Of a stretch of 39,015 bases of DNA, positions 1 through 12,820 are shown piece by piece. The notes beneath the pieces are model-generated. The model had not been told where the DNA came from. It made no database searches and saw only the letters and a list, made by a program, of their open reading frames with translations. A program made the translations under genes and the position numbers. Origin of the DNA: Chiloscyllium plagiosum (taxonomy: Eukaryota); the NCBI RefSeq assembly GCF_004010195.1, contig NW_025214789.1, positions 7,807 to 46,821 of the forward strand. The letters are read 5' to 3'. Position 1 is the stretch's first letter, and every line of letters starts with the position of its first letter.

Positions 1-568
1 GCCAAATAAAGAGAAGTGGGGAACAGAAATACATTTATGTTATCAGATGGAAATACATGTTGATAGTTTGACACAGCGAAAAGTAAAATTAGATAGTAAA
101 GGCAGAAACGAAAGTGAGACAAATTGAGACAGACTAAGAAAGAAAACACACAAATAGAGACAAATAACAAAGGTAATTGCAACACAGGAACAGACCCTTC
201 GGCCTTTAAGCCTGCACTGATCCATGATCCTCCACCTAAATCTGTCATCTATTTTCTAAACATTGAGGCAGAGAAAGAAGAGATTTAAAAGGTGTGATTA
301 GGAACAGAAATACAGGAAGAGGAAGGGATTCAGAAATCAGAGGGAAGAGACCGATTTGGAAAGACAAATACAAATGCAGAGAGATGGGGAGGAATGAAGG
401 ATGAGGCACGAAGAAACAGGTAGAGATGAAAGGTTGAATAACAGGTGAAGGACGGAATGTGAGAACGCAACAAGACAGAGACGGATACAGATATATTGGG
501 TGAAACGCGGAAGTAGAGACCGCAGAAAGAGAGAGAGATATCAAAACATCGCCTGCAGTTATAGGAGT

Positions 569-911
569 ATATACTTGACCATTGAAAACGCATATATTGG
601 CATCAAACAATTTTCGTGATTTCCACCTGATCACCACTCTCTTGGTAAAGAGAAAATTACTGCTCATCACAGCTCTAAATGTTTCAGCATATACTTGACC
701 ATTGAAAGCCGCATTACTTTCAACATAGCTGATCCTCGAGCTCAATACCATAATCCCGCTCTCACCCCATGACACTTCATCGCTTAAGCCACAAGAGCTC
801 TTTTCTGAAAACGCATATATTGGCATCAAATAATTTTCGTGATTTCCACCTGATCACCACTCTCTTGGTAAAGAGAAAATTACTGCTCATCACAGCTCTA
901 AATGTTTCAGC
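569..911. repeat. Local tandem duplication; the first copy (569-688) is an internally deleted version of the second (689-911)
   Basis: ATATACTTGACCATTGAAA occurs at 569 and 689. The block GAAAACGCATATATTGGCATC...AATGTTTCAGC occurs at ~584-688 and ~807-911. Confidence 0.9.
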
Positions 912-2065
912 AGTTATTCTAAAACTACATACATCGTTTCTGTACTCCGCACAATCTATGAATTATTTCCTGTATCTCCGTCGCTTAGTTCTCTTATACT
1001 TTGCGCATTGTGTTTGAGAGAACTCCTCATTTTTGTGAACCCCAATGAATGCAATGATAACTGACTCAATCATTCCACATGCAACATTACTTTCATCCCA
1101 GAAGCGAATTGTATGAATTTTCACTGCACTTGTTCCTCCCAACAATTATCTTCGGCGTATCTGGCCAAGGGACTCGTCTAAATAAATGCAATTTCGGGCA
1201 ACCAAAACTTCTTCCTTCGATACGATGACATTCTCCAGCGTATGCACACACTTATCGCTGATCAAACATCAGTCGTGTCCTTCGTCTTGATGAATACCAA
1301 AGCAAAGTGCTCAGTATGGATCTCTCCCATTTCCTGTGACTCCATGCATAACGTCCTTCCTTTTTCATTGACTGAGCCTACTCTTTATTTTACTACTCTT
1401 CTTCTTATAAAATACGCATCCAAAACCTATGGATTCTAGATGACCATAGTTGCTATAGACATTCCATGCCCCTTGTCAGTCTGTCCAATAACGCCTTTAA
1501 TTTCCTTCCTTATTTCTCGATACTCAACAAGGGCTTTGTCAGTTGTTGCTGCCTTAAACTATGGTTTACTTTCTTTTTTCTTTGATAAAGCTTACAATTT
1601 CCCTTGTCATTCATGTTTCTTTCATCCTGCCATCCCTATCTTTCAGTTTGAAAGGAACAATATATGACCAGCACTTTACCAACTCATCTCCGAAAGCCTC
1701 CAACATGCCAGGTGTCAATTTGCTCTCAAATGACTTCTCCTAATCCACATTCCACAGTTGCCTTTTGATTAGGTTGCAAGTGGCCCTTGCCTAATTAAGC
1801 ATCCTCACCAAAGGGACACTCCATCATGGTGAACACCTGCTCGAGCTCATTCCCTAACATTAAGTCATGTATGGACTCCTCTCTTGTTCGAATTTCAACA
1901 CATTGTCTCAAAAAAACCTCCTGGCCAGATCTACCAAATTCGTCTCAGCATCCATGTCATCGCCTCAAGCGACTCTTAAAAGTTGGTATTACACCTCCCA
2001 CCACCTTCTCCTCAGGCAGTACATTCCAGCCACTAACCAGCTCCCGTGTAAAAGATGTTTTGTTT
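570..2065 (-). mobile_element. Old, fragmented CR1-clade LINE ORF2 remnants
   Basis: Degenerate resemblance to reverse-complemented CR1 3' region, RT and endonuclease segments. Example: TTCCACCTGATCACCACTCTCTTGGTAAAGA versus TTCCATACACCCACCACTCTGTGGGTGAAGA in the younger copy at 19609. No intact ORF. Confidence 0.6.
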
Positions 2066-2069
2066 GAAT

Positions 2070-2282
2070 ATCTATGGTGTGCAAACCGGCTCTTTGCCCC
2101 AACAAGTCCATGCCGCCAAGCATTACTTCTCAAAGACCCATTCCCCATACACGAGACTTACTGTTGACTAATGCACATAAGCAATACATCCCTGACTATA
2201 CGGGCAAATTAACATGGCTGATTCACCTGTCCTACATATTTATGGATTGTGGGAGGAAAACAGAGCACGCGGAGAAAGCACC
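2070..2282 (-). mobile_element. Diverged HE1/V-SINE, head missing
   Basis: CCCAACAAGTCCATGCCG...GGGCAAATTAACATGGCTGATTCACCTG...GGATTGTGGGAGGAAAACAGAGCAC matches the reverse complement of the HE1 copy at 32454. Confidence 0.8.
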
Positions 2283-2620
2283 TTCCCCTTTAAGAATTAG
2301 CCCTTTTAACATAAACTTATGTTCTATTTTTCAATATTTTCAAACTGGCAATGTGACGTTTTCTATCTGTTGTTTCTGGAGCTCGAGATATTTGCAAAGA
2401 GTTATCACATCGCCTTTCAGGCTCCGATGTTCAAATGCCATCAAGCAAGTTCATTTTTCCAAGTTTTTCTCGTTTAATAATGCGTTCTAAACTATGTAAC
2501 TATCAGCTTATCCATTTCTGCACTCTCTGCAAAACCTATGCATCCATTTCGTACTGTGGGGACGAGAGTTTCATGCAATTTTCCAAATGTGGCTAACTGA
2601 GGTTCCATGGAGCTTGGGAC
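2283..2620 (-). mobile_element. Degenerate CR1 3' ORF2 fragment
   Basis: Weak similarity to the reverse-strand CR1 RT C-terminal region (CCTTTTAACATAAACTTATGTTCT; CAATTTTCCAAATGTGGCTAAC). Confidence 0.45.
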
Positions 2621-2799
2621 GATACTTTGACTTTCAAGAGGGTAATTTGTCTATTTTTTTTAAATGCAGGTCTTAAAGATAGAGATACTGAATAATATAG
2701 GAAGCTAGTTTTTTTTTAACAAAAGTACTGTTTAATAATGAAAAGTGAAAGCTCAGTTCTCCCAGTTAAGGTTTTCCAGATTTTATTGCTGTCGTCAGT

Positions 2800-5700
2800 G
2801 TCACACTGACCCCCGCACACTTACACCATTACTGACACTCTGAACTGTCACACTCACTCTGTGTTACTGTGACCGCTCCACCACTGCCGCACTGGTCCCC
2901 TCACACACACATTTTCACCGTTACCCTATCACCCTCACTCTGACGCCATCACCATCACCATGACCCACTTACATTCACTCCATTACAGTCACTCTGACTC
3001 ACTCACATTCATTCCATCACTAATCATGTGACCAGTTCACTCACACTCCTTAATCTGACCCCTCACACTCACTCTGTCACTGTCATCTGACAGCCTCACA
3101 CTCACTCTATAACTGTCACCCTGATCCCGTCACACTCACTCTGTCGCCATCACCCTGAAACCCTGAACTCACTCTATCACCGTCATCCTGACCCTACTCA
3201 CACTCAGTAAGCGTCACCCTGGTCCCCTCACACTCAGTCTGTCACTGTCATCCTGTCCCGTTCACACTTACTCCATCATCGTCACCCTGATCCCCTCACT
3301 CTCTCTCTTTCACTATCACCGTGACACCTTCACACTCACTGCATTACCGTCACACTGACCCCATCACACTCACTCCATCACTGCCAGATTGACACCCTCA
3401 GACTCTAAGAACTACAGTCACACGAAGCACTACACATTCACACCATTACTTTAAAACTGCACCCTCANNNNNNNNNNNNNNNNNNNNNNNNNNNNNNNNN
3501 NNNNNNNNNNNNNNNNNNNNNNNNNNNNNNNNNNNNNNNNNNNNNNNNNNNNNNNNNNNNNNNNNNNNNNNNNNNNNNNNNNNNNNNNNNNNNNNNNNNN
3601 NNNNNNNNNNNNNNNNNNNNNNNNNNNNNNNNNNNNNNNNNNNNNNNNNNNNNNNNNNNNNNNNNNNNNNNNNNNNNNNNNNNNNNNNNNNNNNNNNNNN
3701 NNNNNNNNNNNNNNNNNNNNNNNNNNNNNNNNNNNNNNNNNNNNNNNNNNNNNNNNNNNNNNNNNNNNNNNNNNNNNNNNNNNNNNNNNNNNNNNNNNNN
3801 NNNNNNNNNNNNNNNNNNNNNNNNNNNNNNNNNNNNNNNNNNNNNNNNNNNNNNNNNNNNNNNNNNNNNNNNNNNNNNNNNNNNNNNNNNNNNNNNNNNN
3901 NNNNNNNNNNNNNNNNNNNNNNNNNNNNNNNNNNNNNNNNNNNNNNNNNNNNNNNNNNNNNNNNNNNNNNNNNNNNNNNNNNNNNNNNNNNNNNNNNNNN
4001 NNNNNNNNNNNNNNNNNNNNNNNNNNNNNNNNNNNNNNNNNNNNNNNNNNNNNNNNNNNNNNNNNNNNNNNNNNNNNNNNNNNNNNNNNNNNNNNNNNNN
4101 NNNNNNNNNNNNNNNNNNNNNNNNNNNNNNNNNNNNNNNNNNNNNNNNNNNNNNNNNNNNNNNNNNNNNNNNNNNNNNNNNNNNNNNNNNNNNNNNCCCC
4201 TCACACTCACTCTGTCACTGTCATCTGACAGCCTCACACTCACTCTATAACTGTCACCCTGATCCCGTCACACTCACTCTGTCGCCATCACCCTGAAACC
4301 CTGAACTCACTCTATCACCGTCATCCTGACCCTACTCACACACAGTAAGCGTCACCCTGGTCCCCTCACACTCACTCTGTCACTGCCATCCTGTCCCGGT
4401 CACACTTACTCCATCATCGTCACCCTGATCCCCTCACTCTCTCTCTTTCACTATCACCGTGACACCTTCACACTCACTGCATTACCGTCACACTGACCCC
4501 ATCACACTCACTCCATCACTGCCAGATTGACACCCTCAGACTCTAAGAACTACAGTCACACTAAGCCCTACACATTCACACCATTACTTTAAAACTGCAC
4601 CCTCACAGTTACTCTGTCACCATCACTCTAACCGACTCACACTCGCTCCATCACTGCTATGCTGTTCCCCTCACACTCATACTGTCACCGTCACCCTGAC
4701 CCCCTCACGCTGAATCCATCACCATCATCCTGACACACTCCCATCACTCTACTGCAGTCACTCTGACTCACTCACATTTACTCCGAAACTATTACCACCT
4801 CCACTTCACTGTCACTTCTTCACATTGACCCCTCACATTCACACATCACCACTGCACTTACATTCTCACAGTCACTCTGTTACCATCACCCTGACGTCCT
4901 CACACTCACTCCATCACTGTCACCTTGACCCCACGCATTCACTCCATCTCTGTGACGTGCTCACACACACTCGGTCACCATCACGTTCAACTCCTCACAG
5001 CCCCTACGTCACTGTCACCCTGACACCCACAAACTCACTCCATCACTCTCACACTGGCCCACTGACACTTACTCCTTTGCTGGCACACCGAATAATCACA
5101 CTCTGCCACAATCAGCCTGACATTCTCAGACACGCTTCATCAATCTCACCCTGACCCTCTCACACTCACGCTGTCACGATCACCCTGACACCTCACACAC
5201 TCCGTCACTGTCACCTGACCGTCACACGTTCACTCCATCACCATCAACCTGACCCCCTACATTCACTCAATCACCATCACTGTTACCGCCTCACACTCAC
5301 TCCATCACAATCACTCTGACCACACACTTACACTGTCACTGTCATCCTGGCACATCTCACACCCTGTAACCCTCACCGTGCCCCCTCACACTCACTTCAC
5401 TGCTGTCACCTTGAACACCTTGCACTCACTCCATCACTGTCGCACTAACGCAGTTACACTCATTCCATGGCCGCCACACTTATCTGCTCACACATACTTC
5501 ATCAGAGTTACACTTGCCCCATCATATTCGCTCTGTCACCGAAACCCTGACCTACGTCACACTCACTCCATTACTCTCAAACTGACCCCCCTCACATTCA
5601 GTCTATTGCTGTCACACTGAGTTCTCACACTCACTTTGTCACCGTCACGCTGACCGCCAGGCACTCGCTCTGTCACTGCCACTCTGGAACAGTCACCCTC

Positions 5701-5900
5701 ACACTGCCACCATCACCCTGAACCCCTCATGGTGTCTCCACTGATAGTCACTCCGTCAGAGCAAATCGGACTCACTCATACTCACTCCATCACTATCATC
5801 CTCACCACTTCACTCTTATTCATCCATCCTGGCCCGCTCACACTCATTCCATCACTATCATTGTCACTTTCGCTCCTCTGTACACTCCCCCACATTATGC
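2800..5900. repeat. Degenerate C/A/T-rich minisatellite, ~33-bp unit (approx. CCCCTCACACTCACTCTGTCACTGTCACCCTGA)
   Basis: CTCACACTCACTC and TCACCCTGAC recur at ~33-bp spacing; strong G depletion on the + strand. Confidence 0.85.
3468..4196. other. Assembly gap (N run) flanked by a 409-bp near-identical duplication (3059-3467 and 4197-4605)
   Basis: N run. The flanks match apart from about six substitutions found by eye. Confidence 0.95.
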
Positions 5901-7745
5901 TCACTCCTCCACACAATCTACCACAGTCACTTTCAAACCGCTGAGCTGCTATTTCCACTTCACCATTGTCAGGATCACTCCCCTGCACAATCCCGCACCA
6001 TCATACACACTGTTCTGCTCATACCCCCACTATCTCGCAAACACTTGCTTCCTCTCCAACCATCACGCTCACTCCACCGCACACACCGTCACTGCCACAG
6101 GCACTACACCACACACTCCTGCACTATCAAGCTCAGTCATCCACACAGTCCTCCACCATCAAACTGACTACCCCACACACTCCCCCACCATCAGACTCAC
6201 ACCTCTGCATACTCTGCCACTGCCACACACATTACTCCGCACGCTGCTACACTGTCATGCTCAATCCTCCACACATTCCCCCACCATCATAGTCACTCCA
6301 ACACACACTCCCCCACTGTCATGCTCACGCCACCACACACTCTCCCACTACCATATTCACTTCGTAGCCCACTCCTCCATTGCCACATTCAATCCCCCGC
6401 AGTCTCACCATCATTATACTCACTTCCCCGCAAACTCCCCCACCATCACACTCATTGCCCCATGCATTTCTCCACTGTCAGCTCACTCCATCGTAAACCC
6501 CCACTTCATCATGATCAGTCCTTTCCGCTGTCGCCCCCACCGACGCGTTCACTCTCCCACACACTCCACTTGCAACACACTAATTTCACCCGCACACTCA
6601 CGCACTGTCACGCTGACTGTACTCCCCAGTCTTCCACAATCTGGCTCACTTCCCCACACAGCAAACCCATCGTCACTCTGACTCCCTTAAACACTTGCCC
6701 ACTGTGATACTCACTCTCCCAAACAGAAACACCACCGAGACGCTCATGCCTCCATACTGTCACTCTTTCTCCATCACACACAAACCCAACATTGGTCTCA
6801 CTTGTCCACACATGCCTCCACCGTTACTCACACTGCTGCACATACCCATACTGTCATGCTCACTCCCCTGCACACGACTGCACCTCATGCTCACAGCCCC
6901 ACACACTCATTCCCCTGCAGACTCCCCTACTGTCAGGACCGTCTCCCTTGCACAGTCTCCCACCATCATGCTCATTCCTCCACATAGTGCCACAGTCACA
7001 TTCACTCCCCGCATACTCCGCTAATATCACACTCACTCTTCCCATCATCAGGCTCATTCCCAAACACACTGTCCCAAAATCACGATCACTCTCCCGCACA
7101 ATCTCCCACTGACACACTCACCCTCCGACCCACTTCCACACCTTCATGCTCAGTCTGCCACACAGCACAACATTGCCTCAGTCACTACCCGGCACAATCA
7201 CTCACCGTCAGGCTTTCTCACCTGCACACTGTCCCACCATCACGCTCACGTCCCCTCCTTCAGTCTCACTTCTCAACACACTACCTCACCGTCATACTTA
7301 CTCCCTCACACACTCCCAAAAATCAAGCTCACTACACCACACACCCCTCCACCATTAAGCTCACTCCCTCTCACACTAACCCACCATCATGCTCACTCCC
7401 TAACGCACTACCTACTGATACACTTGCACTCCCGTAAATTCCACTACCGTCACTCTCCCCGCGGACTCTCCCACCATCACACTCACTCTCCCATACTCTC
7501 CCCCACCATCATGCTAACATCCCGACCGTCTGTCTCACTTCATCATACACGACCTCACTGTCATGTGAACTCTCCATACACTCCCCCACCATCAAGCTCA
7601 CTCTGCGACACCCTCCCTCATCATCATGCTCACGCCCTCACACACTAACCACCGACATGCTTGCTCTCCCATACACGGCACCACTGTAACGCTCCCTCCC
7701 CCGCACACTCCCCTATTGTCACTTTCACGCTCCAACACACTCTCC
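5900..7745. repeat. Second degenerate C-rich minisatellite, ~30-bp unit (approx. CCCACCATCATGCTCACTCCCCGCACACTC)
   Basis: CACCATCA(T/C)GCTCACTC and CACACTCCC recur; grades out of the upstream satellite. Confidence 0.75.
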
Positions 7746-8147
7746 TATCCCACTGACCTCTACATGCTGAAGCCAAACACCAGCTGGAGTACACCTCTTC
7801 CTACCGCCCCCTCGAACATGACCCCACCCCCATCACCAAACCATCATCTCCCAGACCATACAGAACCTCATCACTTCAGGAGATCCCCCACCCACAGCTT
7901 CCAACCTCATAGTTCGGGAACCCCGCACTGCCCGGTTCTCCCTCCTTCCCAAGTTCCACAAGCCTGACCACCCTGGCCGGCCCATTGTCTCAGTCTGCTC
8001 TTGCCCCACTGAACTCATCTCTACCTACCTCGACACTGTACTATCCCCCCAGTCCAGGAACTCCCCACATACGTTCGAGACACCACCCACGCCCTCCACC
8101 TCCTCCAAGACTTCCGTTTCCCCGGCCCCCAAAGCCTCATCTTCACC

Positions 8148-8945
8148 ATGGATATCCAATCCCTCTACACCTCCATCCGCCATGACCAGGGCCTCCAAGC
8201 CCTCCGTTTTTGCCTCTCCCGACGTCCCCAACAGTACCCTTCCACCGACACTCTCAATCGTTTGGCCGAACTGGTCCTCACCCTTTCACAATTCTCCTTC
8301 GAATCCTCCCACTTCCTCCAGACCAAAGGGGTAGCCATGGGCACACGTATGGGCCCCAGCAATGCCTGTCTCTTTGTTGGCTACGTAGAGCAGTTGATCC
8401 TCCGTAATTACACCGGCATCACTCCCCACCTCTTCCTCCGCTACATTGATGACTGCATTGGCGCCACCTCGTGCTCCCGCGAGGAGGTTGAGCAATTCAT
8501 CAACTTCACCAACACATTCCACCCTGACCTTAAATTTACCTGGACCATCTCTGACACCTCCCTCCCCCTCCTGGACCTCCCCATCTCCATCAGTGATGAC
8601 CGACTTGACACTGACATCTTCTACAAACCCACCAACTCCCACAGCTACCTGGATTACACCACTTCCCACCCTACCTCTTGCAAAAATGCCATCCCGTATT
8701 CCCAATTCCTCCGCCTCCGCCATATCTGCTCCCAGGAGGAGCGGTTCCACCATAGAACACACCAGATGGCCTCCTTCTTTAAAGACCGCAATTTCCCTTC
8801 CCACGTGGTCAAAGATGCCCTCCAACGCATCTCATCCACATCCCGCACCTCCGCCCCCAGACCCAACCCCTCCAACCGCAACAAGGACAGAACGCCCCTG
8901 GTGCTCACCTTCCACCCTACCAACCTTCGCATAAACCAAACCATC
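8148..8945 (+). pseudogene. Penelope-like reverse transcriptase core (open segment of a disrupted ORF)
   Basis: ORF 8148..9647 up to the gap contains DxxSLYT, GVAMG and YIDD motifs; the upstream part is frameshifted. Confidence 0.9.
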
Positions 8946-9680
8946 NNNNNNNNNNNNNNNNNNNNNNNNNNNNNNNNNNNNNNNNNNNNNNNNNNNNNNN
9001 NNNNNNNNNNNNNNNNNNNNNNNNNNNNNNNNNNNNNNNNNNNNNNNNNNNNNNNNNNNNNNNNNNNNNNNNNNNNNNNNNNNNNNNNNNNNNNNNNNNN
9101 NNNNNNNNNNNNNNNNNNNNNNNNNNNNNNNNNNNNNNNNNNNNNNNNNNNNNNNNNNNNNNNNNNNNNNNNNNNNNNNNNNNNNNNNNNNNNNNNNNNN
9201 NNNNNNNNNNNNNNNNNNNNNNNNNNNNNNNNNNNNNNNNNNNNNNNNNNNNNNNNNNNNNNNNNNNNNNNNNNNNNNNNNNNNNNNNNNNNNNNNNNNN
9301 NNNNNNNNNNNNNNNNNNNNNNNNNNNNNNNNNNNNNNNNNGGGCCTCCATCACCGCCGCTCCCTCACCACCAGACGCCTGGAGGAAGAACGCCTTATCT
9401 TCCACCTCGGAACACTTCAACCCTAGGGCATCAATGTGGACTTCAACAGTTTCCTCATTTCCATTTCCCCCACCTCACACTAGTTCCAAACTTCCAGCTC
9501 AGCACTGTCCCCATGACTTGTCGTACCTGCCTACCTTCTTTTCCACCTATCCACTCCACCCTTGTCCGTGACCTATCAACTTCATCCCCTCCCCCACTCA
9601 CATTTTGTACTCCATGTTACTTTCTCCCCACGCCCACCCTCCTCTAGCTTATCTCTCCACGCTTCGGGCTCTCTGCCTTT

Positions 9681-9716
9681 ATTCATGATGAACGGCTTTT
9701 GCCCGAAACGTCGATT
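9681..9716 (+). ncRNA. Minimal hammerhead ribozyme motif of the PLE 3' end, mutated
   Basis: ATGATGA-A-CGGC-TTTT-GCCC-GAAA-CGTC. The CUGANGA box has C>A and the base of stem II is a C.C mismatch. Confidence 0.7.
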
Positions 9717-10059
9717 TTGCTGCTCCTCGGATGCTGCCTGAACTGCTGTGCTCTTCCAGCACCATAATCCAAAATTCAGGATTTAGATGTTTCTGTAAGA
9801 ACAGAGAAGATAATGAAAGATGCGGGTGGTGTGGCACTGTTAGTCAAGGACATTATTAATGCTGCAAAAAAGTCATTTGTGCACTCTTATGTAGTATGGG
9901 ATGAAGAAAGAAGCAGGAAGGGAGAGGTCACCCTGTTGGGAGTTTTCGATAGTCCGCCAAGTAGTTCCAGAGATTTAGAGAAAAGCATAACAATTATGAT
10001 TCTCGATAGGAGTGAGAATGACAGTGTAGTTGTGATGGTGGACTTCAACTTCCGAAGTT

Positions 10060-10343
10060 GGGCGGCACGGTGGCTAGCACTGCTGCCTCACAGCGCCAGA
10101 GACTCGGGTTCAATTCCCGCCTCAGGCGACTGACTGTGTGGAATTTGCACGTTCTCTGCGTGGGTTTGCTCCGGTTTCCTCCCACAGTCCAACTATGTGT
10201 TAAATTGCCCGTAGTGTTAGGTAAGGGGTAAATGTAGGGGTATGGGTGGGTTGCGCTTCGGTGGGTCGGTGTGGACTTGTTGGGCCGAAAGGCTTGTTTC
10301 CGCAATGCAATGTAATGTAATGTAATCTAATCTAATCTAATCT
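10060..10343 (+). mobile_element. HE1 (V-SINE) with small internal deletions
   Basis: tRNA-derived head GGGCGGCACGGTGG with B-box GGTTCAATTCC, V-domain TGTGTGGAATTTGCACGTTCTC, and (TGTAA)n(TCTAA)n tail. Confidence 0.93.
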
Positions 10344-10441
10344 CTAAAAGAATATTGACTGACAAGGCTATAGTTCAAGTACTTTAGATGGGTCAGTTTT
10401 TGTCCATTGTGTGCGAAGAGTTTTCTAATGCAGTACGTAGA

Positions 10442-10702
10442 CAGGCGACTGACTGTGTGGAGTTTGCACGTTCTCCGCGTGTCTGCGTGGGTTTCCTCCG
10501 GGTGCTCCGATTTCCTCCCACAGTCCAAAAGATGTGCAGGTCAGGTGAATTGGCCATGCTAAATTGCCCGTAGTGTTAGGGAAGGGGTAAAAGTAGGGGT
10601 CTGGGTGGGTTGCGCTTCGGCGGGTCGGTGTGGACTTGTTGGGCCAAAGGGCCTGTTTCCACACTGTAATGTAATGTAATGTAATGTAATGTAATCTAAT
10701 CT
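10442..10702 (+). mobile_element. HE1 (V-SINE), lacking the tRNA head
   Basis: Begins CAGGCGACTGACTGTGTGGAGTTTGCACG; complete V-domain and (TGTAA)n tail. Confidence 0.93.
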
Positions 10703-12820
10703 CTAAAAGAATATTGACTGACAAGGCTATAGTTCAAGTACTTTAGATGGGTCAGTTTTTGTCCATTGTGTGCGAAGGGTTTTCTAATGCAGTACGTAGA
10801 CAGGTCAACAAGGGGCGAGACGACATTATATTTGGTACTAGGTCATGAACCCAACCAGGTGTTAGATTTGGAGGCAAGTGAGAACGTTGGTGATCGTGAC
10901 CACAATTCAGTTATGTTTAAATTAGCGATGGAAAGGGCTAGATATGCACCGGTGGGCAAGGGCTGCAACGAGGGGAAAAGCAGTACGATATGATTAGATA
11001 AGATATAGGATGCGTAGAATGGGGAAACAAAGTGCAGGAGATGGGCACAATTGAAATATGAAGCTCTAAGGAAAAAGTAATGCGTGTGCTGGGTACGTAT
11101 GCTCCTGCCAGAAAGGGAAGAAGTTGACGAGCACAGGAGCCGTTGGTTGCGATGGAAGTTTAATCACATGACAAGGGGAAGAAGAAGTCTTATATTAGGA
11201 TGAGATGTGAAGGCCTAGTTATGGTGAGTGAGAGTTATAAGTTGGCCAGGAAAGACCTAAAGAGGAAGCTAAGAGGAGCCAGGAGGGGATATGAGAAGTT
11301 GTTGGTGGATAGGTTCCGATAAAAGTCAAAAGCTTTCTATAGGTATATATGGGATAAAATAATGAATAGAGTGAGAATAGGGCCAGTCAACTATAGTAGT
11401 GGAAGTTGTGCATGGAGTTAGAGCAGATAAAGGGAAACGTGAAATGAATATTTTTCGTCAGTGTTTACATTGCAAAAAGACAGTGTTATCGAGGAGAATA
11501 CTGAGAAACAGGCCACTAGACTAGATGGGATTGAGGTTCACAAGAAGAGGTGTTAGAAATTCTTAATTCAGTGTGGGCTGGATGGGATTGATCCTAAGAT
11601 TCTCTGGGAAGCCAGGGAGGAGATAGCCAAGCCTTTGGCTTTCATCTTTATGTCGTCATTGTCTACTGGAGTAGTACCAGAAGACTGGAGGATAGCAAAT
11701 GTTATTCCCTTGATCAAGAAGGGGGGTTGGGACAATCCTGGTAATTAACCACGATCGAAGTAGGGCTCACAGATTGGATTCGTAATCATCGAGAAATGAA
11801 TAAGTTGATTAGGGATAATCAACACAGTTTTGTGAAAGGGTAGGTCGTTCCTCACAAGCTTTATGAAGTTCTTTGAGAAGGTGACCAAACGGTCGGATGA
11901 GGGTAAAGCCATTGATGTGGTGTATATCGATTTCATAAGGCATTTGATAAGGTCCCACATGGTAGGCCGCTACATAAAATATGGAAGCGCGGGATTAAGG
12001 ACGCTTTAAGGTTTTGTTTAGAAATTGACGAGCTGAAAGAAGACAGAGCGTGGTGGTTGATGAACAATCTTCATCCTGGAGCTCAGTTACTCGTGGTGTG
12101 CAGCAAAGATCTTGATCTACAGCTGTTTGTCATTTTTATAAATGACCTGAATGAGGGCGTAGGGGGATGGGTTAGTAAATTTTCGGATGACACTAACAGC
12201 AGTACAGTTGTTTGTAGTGTCGAAGGCTGTTGTAGGTTACAAAGGTACATAGCTAATCTGTAGAGCTGGACAGAGATTTAAGGGAAATGGAGTTTATTGA
12301 GGAAAAGTGTGACATGATTCACTTTGGAACGATGAAACAGAATAAAGTGTAGTGGGCAAATGGTAAGATTCTTGGTAGTGTAGATGAACAGAGAGATCTT
12401 GCTGTCCACTTGCATAGATTCCACACAGCTTCCACCCAAGTTGATAGGGCTGTTAAGTAGGCATATGGTTTATTAGCTTTTATTAGTGGAGGGATAGATT
12501 TTCGGAGGTCATGCTGCAGCTCGATAGAACGCTGATGTGGCTACACGTGGGTTATTGCATGAAGTTCTGGTTTCCGCATTCTCGGTAGGATGTGGAAGCT
12601 TTGGAAAGGGTTCAGAGGAGATTTACTAGGATGTTGCCTTGTATGGAGGGAACGTCTGACAGAAAAGGTTGAGGGACTTGAGGTTGATGTCGTTAGAGAT
12701 GAAGGTTGAGAGGTGACGTAATTGAGACATATAAGCATATCAGTGGTTTAGATCAGGTGGACAGTGAGAGCCTTGTTCCTCAGATGGTGATGGCTCACAT
12801 GAGGGGACATAGCTTTAAAT

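Larger units (their letters stand above)
7751..9775 (+). mobile_element. Penelope-like element (likely Neptune type), 5'-truncated and frameshifted, with gap at 8946-9341
   Basis: Upstream frames read LLPKFHKPDHPGRPIVS. RT reads MDIQSLYTSI...QTKGVAMGTRMGP...FLRYIDD...FYKPT. The C-terminus RRLEEERLIFHLGTLQ follows the gap, then a pyrimidine-rich 3' region with a hammerhead-like motif. Confidence 0.92.
9777..12820 (+). mobile_element. CR1 (HER1-like) LINE ORF2, truncated at both ends, decayed, interrupted by HE1 SINEs
   Basis: Endonuclease remnants GGVALLVKD, VVVMVDFNF, QYVDRSTRGETTLYLVLG and DRDHNSVMF; RT remnant LFVIFINDLNEGVGGWVSKFSDDT; many stops and frameshifts. Confidence 0.92.

Noticed and set aside
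1..560. Purine-rich stretch and minus-strand hydrophobic ORFs (43-829)
   Set aside because: Low-complexity GA-rich DNA with a short CR1-tail-like remnant near 182-260; no coding evidence.
3059..4605. 409-bp direct repeat resembling LTRs or a higher-order repeat
   Set aside because: The copies sit exactly on either side of an N gap, typical of unmerged contig ends or haplotypes. No LTR features.
4825..7967. His/Thr/Pro/Leu-rich plus-strand ORFs
   Set aside because: Translation of C-rich minisatellites, overlapping in several frames.
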